A stretch of 64,000 bases of DNA from the human T2T-CHM13v2.0 reference genome, Homo sapiens (GCF_009914755.1 NC_060929.1), one strand, 5' to 3'; positions 42,440-55,915 are shown, counted from the first letter of the stretch. The notes: generated from the letters alone by a model not told the origin. A program made the numbers and translations.

Positions 42440-43160
42440 TTCACTGTCGGCTACTTGAGCCCCGCGAGCCAGCCAGCGCGCTCAGCAGCCAGTGAGACTA
42501 TTTTAGGTCCCCTCACAATGGCCTTCTCATTTCCCAGGCGAAAATGAGCAAGTTGGTCTTGCATTGGCCACTTGTCAGCCGATGACAACTTTGACTTGGG
42601 CTCCCCTCCCCCTCCCGAAATCCCTAGCTCAGCAAATATTTGAACCTGCCCAAGTTAATCATGAAGCTGCGATCTTTATCTAAGGGAGACGTGCGAGCGC
42701 CTGGGCTCCTTTCCTCCCCGATACAGTAGCGAAATCCAGTTGGCTTCTCAATGAGGAGCCGGCAGTGAGCGGCGGTGGCCCGGACGCACTGCCGGGCGGG
42801 GCGTGGGGCGGAGGGACGAGCCGAGCCGAGCCAAGCGGAGCTGGGCCACTGTGCACGCCCGGAGGGTCCTGGCGGCGCCCCCGCTCCTGCGCGCACTCTC
42901 GGCGCCGGACACGAGCACTGCCTGCCGGGAACAGGCTGGGGGGAGGTGCGGGGGCTTGGCCCACTTGGTGGAAGAACAGCTTTGGGGATTTTTTTTTTTT
43001 CATTGTCGGATACAGGCATTTCAAAGGGAAACCGTTGAAATGCATAACCTGCAAAGTAAGTTGCCTTGAATTTGTGCACTTCTCTGTTCCTTATCTGAGC
43101 GGTGCCTTTCTGTAGTTTGTCTTGGAGTACGTGTGTGTGCGTGCGCCCCTGTAAGCGCTG
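42440..43160 (+). promoter_or_regulatory. PIK3R1: CpG island / internal promoter and 5'UTR of the p50alpha isoform
   Basis: Only strongly GC- and CpG-rich non-repeat segment in the window; GC box GGGCGGGGCG near 42794; directly upstream of the MHNLQ exon; boundaries approximate. Confidence 0.88.
43040..43055 (+). CDS. PIK3R1: Coding part of the p50alpha alternative first exon (MHNLQ[T])
   Basis: gaaATG CAT AAC CTG CAA A|gtaagt; phase-1 donor compatible with exon 8; MHNLQT is the known p50alpha N-terminus. Confidence 0.95.
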
Positions 43161-44063
43161 CCTGGGGAGGACAGATGGGAGATTAGGGGAGACACTCCCC
43201 CTGTCCTCGAGGGGGACAGTGGCTGGGAAAGATAGGGTTTAGGTTGGAATTTCAGTAAGAAGGTACTAATTACAACGTGCTTGGTTGGAAGTTGGTGCCA
43301 GGCCAGGGCTTGGAGAGACCATGGGAAAATCACCTGTCTCCCTGCCTTCTCCCTGAGTTAGTTTGCCACAGAAGATCCAACAGCCAGACTGGTTTGCACC
43401 GACGGTTCCCAAATGCATGGACTGGCACTCTGGGCTGTTACACCCGCCACAGCTGCTCGGAGAACTTGTCTCCTTGCTTCGGGGGAGGGTCGACATTTTA
43501 ATTAAACTAAAAAAGAATGTTTTTCTGAATCTTAGGGCATACAGCCACTTTTACCATTTTTATTTGAATTTGAGTTCAGGTAAACTTAGGCAAATAGAAA
43601 AGTGGGAGAGGGTGGGAAAAGACAAGGTGAGCCTGCTTTTCCCAATACTGGGAAAATGAATTAAACTAGACGGGGGACGTCAGAGAACAGAATGCCTTGC
43701 CTTTGGTCTGCTTTTTAATATATTTTATGATCCCAAATTTTACAGAAAGTCTCAAGGGTTTCTGTGTTTTTTAAATGGTCAAATATGTGACATACATGTG
43801 TACATAGATCACAGAGCCCCACTGTAGTTTTTTAAATGAGCCACATTTACCTTGGGGAAGAGCCCCTCCCCCCCCGCCATCATAATATTGTGAATGTAAA
43901 GAGAGATTGGTTCACAATGAGAATGTACAGTAGGCTCCTATAAGGGTGACAGGATTATATGCAGAATGACTTTGAAGAGCCAAAATTGATTTATTTATGT
44001 TAAGTAGTGCTAAGAAGGAATATTTGTCCCGGAGTGAGGCATTTGAGATAGAGGGGGAAAAGC

Positions 44064-44090
44064 AAAAAAAAAAAAAAAAAAAAAAAAAAA
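44064..44090. repeat. A27 homopolymer
   Basis: Direct count; not attached to a recognisable Alu or L1. Confidence 0.95.
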
Positions 44091-44879
44091 GTGATTACAT
44101 CATCTTCCCGTTCAAGCAGTATTAGTAGCGAAGATGGGTTCATCAGTGAAATATTTTGCAAAGATAAATATACCTCCACTCTGCATTCTGATCTATAGCC
44201 TCTTTCTTTTTGGAAGAAGCATTTTCTTTGCCCAGTTTTTTTAGGCAGTCACATTAAAATTCTCATTAATAATGTTGACAGACAATTACGTTTATTATTT
44301 CTGCTAATAGGCATCTGCATTCCTATTCAGAATTTTCATTGTTAGTCTATAAAGTCTAGTTTTAACTTTGGAATGTTTGGTAGAGGAGGACATCTATACA
44401 TTTTCTTTTAACTGTCCTTTCTAATGTGGTACATTTGTGACAGTGTTTGAATTCTGGGTTTTCAGTGAATTATGGAGGACTAAAATACCAGGAGTAGTCC
44501 GTACTGCTTCTCTTATACATGAGAGATATCTAAGGACTATAAAACATAACTTAAGTATACCCTTTTAATGCCTTTGTAAGATTTTTAAACCAAGGAATGA
44601 CTGGGCTATCTATAAACCCAGATGCACTAAGTGGGGAGAAAAGCTCGGAGCTGCAGCATATCAGCTTTTGTCAACCTGCCAACAGCAGAGCGTACCATGC
44701 TGCAAGGAGTAATAAACAAGGAATTAGAAAACTCGCTGCTGGAGAACAGTCAAATTAAACACCTTTTTGAAAGGATGAGCATGTATATATTGCAGTTCTA
44801 TTAAATGTAGCTTCTTAGTGAGGTTGGCATTATGTTAAGGCTGGTATGGAAGAGAACTGATGAAGCAGGAGTGGTCTGG

Positions 44880-45032
44880 TGACATTTTTCTGACTTGATT
44901 GGCTGGGGCGTGTGATGTAATAGGTTTCAGTGCAGCCCCTTATAGGTTTTAAAATGAATTCCAAGACACCATTACAAAGAAAGCCGGACTCTTTTCTTAT
45001 AACTGAGCTCAGCCAAGGAAACTCTTGCACAA
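44880..45032 (+). promoter_or_regulatory. PIK3R1: Putative p55alpha promoter / 5'UTR
   Basis: Inverted CCAAT (GATTGGCT, 44897), GC/KLF-like GGGGCGTG (44905) and TATA-like CTTATAG (44939) upstream of the p55alpha ATG; TSS cannot be fixed from sequence. Confidence 0.6.
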
Positions 45033-45138
45033 ATGTACAATACTGTTTGGAATATGGAAGACCTGGATTTAGAATATGCCAAGACAGATATAAATTGTGG
45101 CACAGACTTGATGTTTTATATAGAAATGGACCCACCAG
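45033..45138 (+). CDS. PIK3R1: Coding part of the p55alpha (AS53) alternative first exon
   Basis: ATGTACAAT...CCACCAG|gtaata; MYNTVWNMEDLDLEYAKTDINCGTDLMFYIEMDPP(A); 106 nt, phase-1 donor; resembles the p55gamma/PIK3R3 N-terminus. Confidence 0.96.
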
Positions 45139-46525
45139 GTAATACTGCAGTATTATTGTAGAGAGTTAGTTAATTTCGTGGCTTTTTAATTTTTCGAAAG
45201 CTACTGTAAAAGATCCTTTTTGGATTTCTGTTTTTATTAATTTGTTTCATTGATAAAAATTAGTTTGCTCATGGCTTAAAAATTAAACAGATTGTTTGAC
45301 TGTCTGTGGAAGCAAGCAGCTCAGGCTGTGTGTGGTAAATGCTTATTCTTACTTGAATGGATATGAATTGAACTCCAGTTTTTCACTGGTGTCTTTTGTT
45401 AATCGAGATCCTTCCCTGGGTGAGTTATGTTGTGGGATATTGTCCCTGTAATTAAAATGATGCATCTTTTGTGCTGCTTTTCTCTGTTGCCAGTGGATGA
45501 GAACAGTGTAGCACTTTGCAGTGATAACACTTGGTACTTTAGAAAGCATGTAAAATGTAGCAGTGATTACAACTCAGTTCTCTAAATGTTGAGACTTTGC
45601 TTGCTCTCTCATATTAAGATATTATAATGAAAAAAGAAGTTGACTTTCCATTATTGTTAGTCTTTGTAAAATATTCTTGGTAGATACCTGAAATCATTTT
45701 TTGTATAAGTTAAAATAGTAACAGTGCTTTAAAACTTATGACAGAATTTACCTAAAAATCCTAGATTTATTTTGTTTCCTAAGTAAGTTGTTTTATTCCA
45801 ATGTTAGCTCTCCCCCTGCCCCCATTTAAGGTATTCAGGAATACTGCAGTCTTTTATTTGTCACCAATTGGTATATATGAATACTGATTTGACATTGAGG
45901 AAGGGGGATATCATTTTTAATCAGACCTAGTATATAGAGCACAATTTATCCAACAGAATATTAACATATTAAAGAGATTTAGGGCACAGATGAGAGTTTC
46001 TTAAAGTGGCTTTTGGCAGAACAGTGCCTGAAATACTAAGATTAGAGAAACCCAATTGCTCCTCTTAAAACATACTGCTGTAGATGAGCCTTTTTATTAC
46101 TGCAACAGAGTTTGTGGAGGACAGAGACCAAATTTGTCTTTCGTAATTAAATAAGAGGAAATTAAAGCCAACTCATGTTATTCCTGCTACTCATATGTTC
46201 ATAGTTTCTTACTTTAGATGGATTTGACCAGGCATGAAACTTTAATATAACTAGAATCTAGAAGTACAGAATGTCATGACTCTGGATTTACTTTGAAATT
46301 TATTCACATGGCCAGCCCAATTTATTTGTTAGTTTCTAAGGCTCTCTCTCTTTTCTCCTTTTCAGTTTCATTTCTTTTTGAGCCATGCTCTGAAAGATTT
46401 TTTTTAAGAAAATTATCTTCCATATTGCATGGAATTGTGAACTAATGCTATATATTTCAGTTACTCTAACTTTTTATTTTTTTAAAGTAAAAGTATTCAT
46501 CTAAAGAAATTTAGTTCTAATGTAG

Positions 46526-46666
<141 letters not shown>

Positions 46667-47254
46667 TAAGGCTACAGAAACTTCATTTTCAGAGAGTTTT
46701 AGATTAAAAGAAAGAAAAGCACCAGCTTGCTAAGTTCCATTTTTAGGATATCATCCAACATAAGCATGAAGCATAGTTGGTTCTCTTCCAAAGACGACCA
46801 GAAAAAGTCACTGAGCACTGGAGAACTGTGGGTGCTGGATGCCACAGGAAATTAAATACCCGGGAAGTTTCATTATTGACAGAGATGTCAGTGAAGTGCC
46901 AGAGTGAAGTGGCACTGCCTAAGAACAGAGTGTGAAGGCACTCTATCTATTAAGCACAACTCTAAGAATTCTTGCCTTAAACACAATAAGAAAACAATGC
47001 CATTTTATGTTAGCTTTGGGAAGGGGGAGTAAGGTTGGAGAAACTCTTTTGAGATCATGAGTTTCTGTGCTCATTTGTCAGAGAGATTGTAATGTTTGGT
47101 TGAAAAAATAAAAACTTAGTACCACAGATACACCAATAGTGAAAGTGATATGCACCTGTTTGTGATGAGACTGCAATTGCTAACATTTCTATTTAAACAA
47201 ATTATTAGCTCTTATTAGTGAGCTCTGAAAATGCAATTCATTAATTTAAATCTA

Positions 47255-47504
<250 letters not shown>

Positions 47505-47550
47505 TAAGCCAGGGAATATAGCTGAAATTAGGGTTTTGGGCTGATATTAA

Positions 47551-47802
<252 letters not shown>

Positions 47803-48012
47803 TGAATTATCCAGTTACGATGTTTAGACAAGATCCTTTTAATACTTAGAAAACATTTGAAGCAGATGAATTACATGTAATCAAGTCTAAAAAACTTGAC
47901 ACTCGTAATTACATAATTGCAATTTTAAAGATGTTTCCATGTCAGCTATTTTGTTAAACAATTGTTATTTGATTAAATACCTTATCCATTGAATTTATTT
48001 TAATCTTTCTAG

Positions 48013-48150
<138 letters not shown>

Positions 48151-48812
48151 TGAAAATCAGATTAAAAAATAAGAGTTCTAAACTTTTAAAGACTAACATG
48201 GAAAAAAGAATTTAAAAGGTTGAGTTTTTACGAATGAGGTGGGGGTGAGAGCATTTATTTGTGAATCATTGTTGATTATTCTAGTGTAATATCTCTAAAG
48301 CTTTAAACCAAAAATTTTAAGTATCAGAATAATAAATTAAGTTCACGTGATAACTGAAGCAGTCACTGAGTTTCAAGTTGATTTAATTCGTGATAGAAGG
48401 ATCCTGTTTAGATTGGAAGTTAGTAATAACTGGAAGTTTCACAGACTTGTCTAATCCCTGAAATGGAGATTTAGGCATTAATATATATCCTACCATGAAA
48501 AGGAAGGGCTATATACTGCTGTGCTTTTCTAGACCCTTATTCTTCACTGGTCACTCATGTATCTGGGAATGCCAGAGGGAACAGAAAACAACAGGGATGC
48601 TATAAACTACAATAGCTTTTAAGAAGATAAAAACTATAGGAAATTGCTACGCAATCATTTTTCATAGATTGAGAAAATTCTCCAGAGGAAATACTTGTTT
48701 CTGGGATACTGTTTTAATGGATTTTATGAATTTGAGTCCCACTCTGCTAATAATACAGATCAAATGTCCTGGTAGTGTCTTGCAGTAAGAGATTGTTCTA
48801 TGAAAGGTATGA

Positions 48813-49007
<195 letters not shown>

Positions 49008-49068
49008 TAGAGATAACCAAAATCCTCTAAAACCATTTAAAGATGATCTCGCTTTCTGTGCTTTGAAT

Positions 49069-49292
49069 GATCACGTGGACACAGGAAGGGGAATATCACT
49101 CTGGGGACTGTGGTGGGGTGGGGGGAGGAGGGAGGGATAGCATTGGGAGATATACCTAATGCTAGATGACGAGTTAGTGGGTGCGGCGCACCAGCATGGC
49201 ACATGTATACATATGTAACTAACCTGCACAATGTGCACATGTACCCTAAAACTTAAAGTATAATAAAAATAAAAAAATAAAATAAAATAAAA
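49069..49292 (+). mobile_element. Young, heavily 5'-truncated L1 (L1PA2-like) 3'UTR in intron 12
   Basis: GATCACGTGGACACAGGAAGGGGAATATCAC...GCTAGATGACGAGTTAGTGGG...TAAAACTTAAAGTATAAT plus A-rich tail; GAG rather than the L1HS-Ta ACA diagnostic. Confidence 0.93.
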
Positions 49293-49353
49293 TATGTTGA
49301 GCCACTCCAAAAAAAAAAAAAAATGACAGGAAGAGAAGCCACGCTTTACCTAA

Positions 49354-49629
<276 letters not shown>

Positions 49630-49723
49630 TAAGTATTTGAAATGGAATCCTATACATGAATAATTGGTGATTGCTACAATTCAGGATGAGTTAATGCGTT
49701 CTCTTTTCAAAACTGTTTTTCAG

Positions 49724-49792
49724 GTGGTTGACTCAAAAAGGTGTTCGGCAAAAGAAGTTGAACGAGTGGTTGGGCAATGAAAACACTGAAGA
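49724..49792 (+). CDS. PIK3R1: PIK3R1 exon 14 (69 bp)
   Basis: tttcag|GTGGTTG...GAAGA|gtaagt; [22 protein letters not shown](D). Confidence 0.98.
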
Positions 49793-50427
49793 GTAAGTAG
49801 TTACTAAAGATGGTGATAGCAGAAGATTTTTCTCATTTTAGGAAAATGCATGACTTGCTTTGTTTTTAGAACAAGTGAGGAATTTTACTGAGTTTGGAAC
49901 ATCTTGTAGGAGAAAATGTATAAACTCAGTGCCATTATCCAGAATTTTAAAAAAAGAAAGCTTAGCTAAGGAGGACTAGGATTTATTTTTACTCATAATG
50001 CTGTGAAACAACTCTCTGTGTCCATAATGATGTCCCTGAACATCTGAAAAATCCCAAAATATTTTTGGAACAGTCAGAGAAAAAATAATTATGCTTAATA
50101 TATTTTAAAGCTTAAGTATATACTTTGTTTGAATTAGTCAAAAACTGGCAATCTGCCTAGTCAATTTCCTGATCTAAACTGGATAAACGAGATTGTTTTA
50201 ATACCTTCCACTCTGCCCAGGTACCTGAGTGTGGTTGCTTGAAAACAGAAATAGTACAGTTGATTGGTAACTCTTTGTCCTGGGAGGTTGCACTGGAGGC
50301 TGAATACCAGGAGAGGAAAACTCAGGTCGGGCAGAGGCAGGCATGTGATGGCCAGTCTGACTGGCTTGGTAGGGGCCAGGAGGGAAGTGACGGGGGTATG
50401 CCTAGGGAAGACAGCAAGGCAGGCTGA

Positions 50428-50769
<342 letters not shown>

Positions 50770-51620
50770 TAATGTAGAAGAGAAACCAAAGCAGCTGTAA
50801 TACCATTTTAAAGTCTAGCCAGAAGTGTATGTTAATACAGTCTAATAGATACCTACTGTTTAGTTGGAAGACTAGGTTTGGATTCCCATTCAGTGCTAAT
50901 TAATCATGAGAAATCGCCAAGTCTTTTTTTCTCATCTTTAAAATGGAAGTGGCAGTGCCTGCCTTTTTTGCCTCTCAAGGCTACTATAGTTAGAATCTGA
51001 GGTAATTTATGTGAGAACATCACCCATAGGAAAAATACTCATCAGGAACAGGTGAAAAAAAAAAGGATTCTGATCATTATCCTTGAGATAGGTACACCCA
51101 CATTGGATCACTGACATCACCATTTCCAAGAAATTAATGTCCTCTAGTAGGGAATGGTTCTAAAAGTATGTTACACTCCATGATCACCTTTCATTTAATG
51201 AGAGAAATAGTCCTACAGCAAAGAAGGGTACTTTTGTCCTTACTGTGCATAAGGGCACATGCAGAGATGGAGAGTTGTGCAGACACCTCAAGGACAGCCA
51301 GAAAGAAGGAATCCTATGAATAGTCATAATGGGAGTAATAGTAACACTGCTAGTCATGGAGCACTGCAGATAGTTGTCCTCATCATGATTGGAAGCTACC
51401 ACTTGTTGCATGCTTACTGCATGTCAGGCATTCTATCTAGCATTTTGCATGCATGATCTCATTTCATTTCTCAAAGTAACTGTATTACATGTATTTTACT
51501 ATTGTCTTCCCTTTAAACCATTTTAAAGATGAAAATACAGTCAGTCAGTGAAGCTGGGTTACCTACCCAAGGCACTCGGCCAGGTGTCAGTTGTAACCTA
51601 GGACCCTTTCCCCAAGTTGA

Positions 51621-51905
<285 letters not shown>

Positions 51906-53035
51906 AGCGCTTACTCTTTGATCCTTCTCCTGAAGTTCAGCCACCCTGAGGCCTCTGGAAAGCAAAGGGCTCCTCTCCAGTCTGATCTGTGAATTGAGCT
52001 GCAGAAACGAAGCCATCTTTCTTTGGATGGGACTAGAGCTTTCTTTCACAAAAAAGAAGTAGGGGAAGACATGCAGCCTAAGGCTGTATGATGACCACAC
52101 GTTCCTAAGCTGGAGTGCTTATCCCTTCTTTTTCTTTTTTTCTTTGGTTTAATTTAAAGCCACAACCACATACAACACAAAGAGAAAAAGAAATGCAAAA
52201 ATCTCTGCGTGCAGGGACAAAGAGGCCTTTAACCATGGTGCTTGTTAATGCTTTCTGAAGCTTTACCAGCTGAAAGTTGGGACTCTGGAGAGCGGAGGAG
52301 AGAGAGGCAGAAGAACCCTGGCCTGAGAAGGTTTGGTCCAGCCTGGTTTAGCCTGGATGTTGCTGTGCACGGTGGACCCAGACACATCGCACTGTGGATT
52401 ATTTCATTTTGTAACAAATGAACGATATGTAGCAGAAAGGCACGTCCACTCACAAGGGACGCTTTGGGAGAATGTCAGTTCATGTATGTTCAGAAGAAAT
52501 TCTGTCATAGAAAGTGCCAGAAAGTGTTTAACTTGTCAAAAAACAAAAACCCAGCAACAGAAAAATGGAGTTTGGAAAACAGGACTTAAAATGACATTCA
52601 GTATATAAAATATGTACATAATATTGGATGACTAACTATCAAATAGATGGATTTGTATCAATACCAAATAGCTTCTGTTTTGTTTTGCTGAAGGCTAAAT
52701 TCACAGCGCTATGCAATTCTTAATTTTCATTAAGTTGTTATTTCAGTTTTAAATGTACCTTCAGAATAAGCTTCCCCACCCCAGTTTTTGTTGCTTGAAA
52801 ATATTGTTGTCCCGGATTTTTGTTAATATTCATTTTTGTTATCCTTTTTTAAAAGTAAATGTACAGGATGCCAGTAAAAAAAAAAAATGGCTTCAGAATT
52901 AAAACTATGAAATATTTTACAGTTTTTCTTGTACAGAGTACTTGGCTGTTAGCCCAAGGTTAAAAAGTTCATAACAGATTTTTTTTGGACTGTTTTGTTG
53001 GGCAGTGCCTGATAAGCTTCAAAGCTGCTTTATTC

Positions 53036-53041
53036 AATAAA
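53036..53041 (+). terminator. Candidate proximal polyadenylation signal
   Basis: AATAAA about 1.1 kb after the stop; runs into an A-tract, so internal priming could mimic usage. Confidence 0.45.
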
Positions 53042-55646
53042 AAAAAGAAATGAAAAAGATATATGAATATGACAAAGTATTGCTGAGTCCAACAATGTTG
53101 TTTTAAGACTCTTAAAATACGGTACCTGGCAATGTTTATTTCATAAAGAATTGTGAACTTCTTGAATCTAGGGAGGGGGAATGTAGTGAAGGGATGTATC
53201 AAGTGGGGTGGTGGGAGGGGGAGGCAAGGTTATATGCACTTTCTCATGATTTACAGAGAAGTGAATAACTGCAAAGTGAAGTTGCTTCTTCTACTTCAGT
53301 CTTCTCTCACTTTGATTTGCTAGTTGTTATCAATTAATGACAATTACAAACCTACTGTATCTCTAATACAGTGTGACTGGTCAGGTATTTCAGTTCTTAG
53401 GAAGGAAGTGCCAAGTTTGTTTTTGGGTTCCTGGAACAGCGCTCACCTTTGTTTAGAACACTGGTTTAAAGGGATAATCATCTCTGTCACATTAGACTAT
53501 CCATCATGACCAGCAAATACTCATTTTAGGAAAAAAAAAAGCATGATCTGAAAAATACTTTTGGTGGTATGTTGGTTACCCTCCTAGCTTTCCATTTGGT
53601 TTAGAACATAAAGCAAATAGACACAGTCATACTGTCACTGCTCTGGACTGTGTGGAGCTCGCTAAAGTCATGGTCATTGCAGGAATCCAAGTGGCAGTCC
53701 TTCTCATTCATTCTAATCATTGTATGTGCTTCACTACGGGGGGGAGAAGGAAACGTTAGCATCATGTTTCCCATTTAGGGCAGGAGTGAGAGGTCTCTCT
53801 TCCTGATTTAGATATGCAAAAGCTGGTATGTTCAGTAGGAACTGTACATGTGTTGGGAGGCATAAAGACTAATTAGCAACCATAATATGGTCACTACCCT
53901 AATAGACTAAATGAAATCTTGCAATTTCAAATTACTCTTTCTCCATATTAGATTTACCCACAGCTATATTTCTGTTTAAGTACTAGGGTGAGGGTTTTCT
54001 GTTACTTTGTTTTTTAATGTTGTTCCTTTTGAAAGAATCAGTCTTGCAGCTGAGTGAAAAATCTGTGGAATGTATTATTTGTCCTCTTTACATGAAACTA
54101 CTCATACTTAAGCAAAAGTCAGTCTTATAGCAAGACTGTTAGCCCTCAAACTTGACTCTACTGATCTGACCATTTCCCTCTCATCGCCAGACAACTGACG
54201 ATTTCCCTGGTTTTAGTCTGCGTCTCTGCTTTAAAGTTATTGTGATATCCTTCTAGATCATACACAAGTCTAACAGTTAATTAGTTAACAGTTTTTAAAC
54301 TAGGTTTGTGGGTATTTTTTTGGTAGCACATGTATGCTATTACATACAAATTTTTATTTCTAAAATATAAGATCTGAGATTGAATATTTTCATTAAAAGC
54401 TACAGTTTTGTGAATCTTTGTGCTTCAACATTCTTTGCAAGATGATACGGTATTTAGGCATTTGCCTTATTTTTGCATCTCACAAACATAAGTGCAATAG
54501 ATCTTTTCATTGAACAGCAAAGTAGGATTCATCATTCCATATGACTTGAGTTACACCAGACCTGTTCTGCCCAATGCCTTTTTGATTACAGTGTAGCTTG
54601 CCCACCGCATTTGTCGTTTTAGATACTTTGCTAGCCGGCCACTTTGGATTTCATCAGACAGTCCTAACAATATTGTCTGAACGGCTGAATATGAATAGAT
54701 ACAGCAGAGGCACTCCTGATATATGATTTTTATCCATGCGTCAGTTTTTCCCACCCAGTGTAGCATCCTAAAGATAAAGCCAGAAGCTAAGCTGCAGTGA
54801 GGCTGTGATTGGGCGTAGAAGTGGGAGCATTGGGACCTCACATTACACACACGAGAGATCATAACCATGTGAAAAGGCAAAAAGCATGTGTTTGCAACAT
54901 CTGATAACTTCATGGCCTTTGATAAATGTATATATGTATATGTGCATGGACTGTGTTTCCAGTACACCTTTCAGCCAAAACAGATCCACAGTAGTTGTTG
55001 AGTTCAAGTACATAAAGTACATAACAAGCGAACGTCTAGTACAATTCTTACTTATGTGTATGGGATTTTTCCCTTTGAGGTTGCTTTGTTTTGTCTTACA
55101 AAGGTGAAAATTGTTTGTAAGTGAAGTGAGAAGTTCATATTTCTTTGGCTTTTTTGTGTTTTTAAAAGTTACTCCTTTTAGGGAGCTGGTCTGATGACTT
55201 GCTTAGCTTGGAAATCCTTGTTTTCAGTGTGTCGAGTCAAAATGTGTTTATGTGAGCTGTCACTGTGGGGAACCAATTGCTTTGTCATATAGCTGGTTAT
55301 GAACTAGTAACATGTTTGGGAAGTCCTACTGATGTTCCTTTGGAAGAAAAAATCTGCTGGTTTTAACAACTGTGCTTTTGCTATGTATGGTATCCAAGTT
55401 AGTTGAAACGCAGACACTGAGATCTGTTTGAGTTTAGGGTCATTTTTAGAAAGGGGCAGTTTAAAGCACAATGTCTCACATGGGACAAAGTTCCAAAATG
55501 CCAAATTCTTATTTTTTAAAAAGCTAGTTCTATAAAATACTGGTATTATGGGTGGGGAGGAAATAGAATTGAGTCAATTGGAAAGACTATCCAACTTAAC
55601 ATGAAACTTGTCACCATGAGATAGCATTAGCTGCCCAGGATGCTGC

Positions 55647-55739
<93 letters not shown>

Positions 55740-55806
55740 ATATATATATATGTGTATATATATATGTATATACATATATGTATATATATGCACATATATA
55801 TATGTA
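55647..55806. repeat. Compound microsatellite (TA)13(TG)13(TA)16... in the 3'UTR
   Basis: Direct reading. Confidence 0.97.
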
Positions 55807-55909
55807 TTTAAAAAAATCAAAACAAAAAAAAACTCATTTATACCTGTGTATTTTTTAAAGCTACAATCTGTTCAATGTTTTTAAAAATCTGTTTATATGA
55901 CATTGTTAA

Positions 55910-55915
55910 AATAAA
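55910..55915 (+). terminator. Candidate alternative polyadenylation signal
   Basis: AATAAA 184 nt upstream of the distal one. Confidence 0.45.

Noticed and set aside
42624-43079. 151-aa and 124-aa antisense ORFs over the CpG island
   Set aside because: Stop-codon scarcity in GC-rich DNA; no recognisable domain; antisense transcription cannot be judged from sequence
48786-48806. Apparent 21-nt micro-exon (cag|TAAGAG...AAAG|gtatga) before exon 12
   Set aside because: The downstream intron would be only 33 nt, too short to splice
55611-55884. YIYI/VCVC-rich ORFs in the 3'UTR
   Set aside because: Translations of the TA/TG microsatellite
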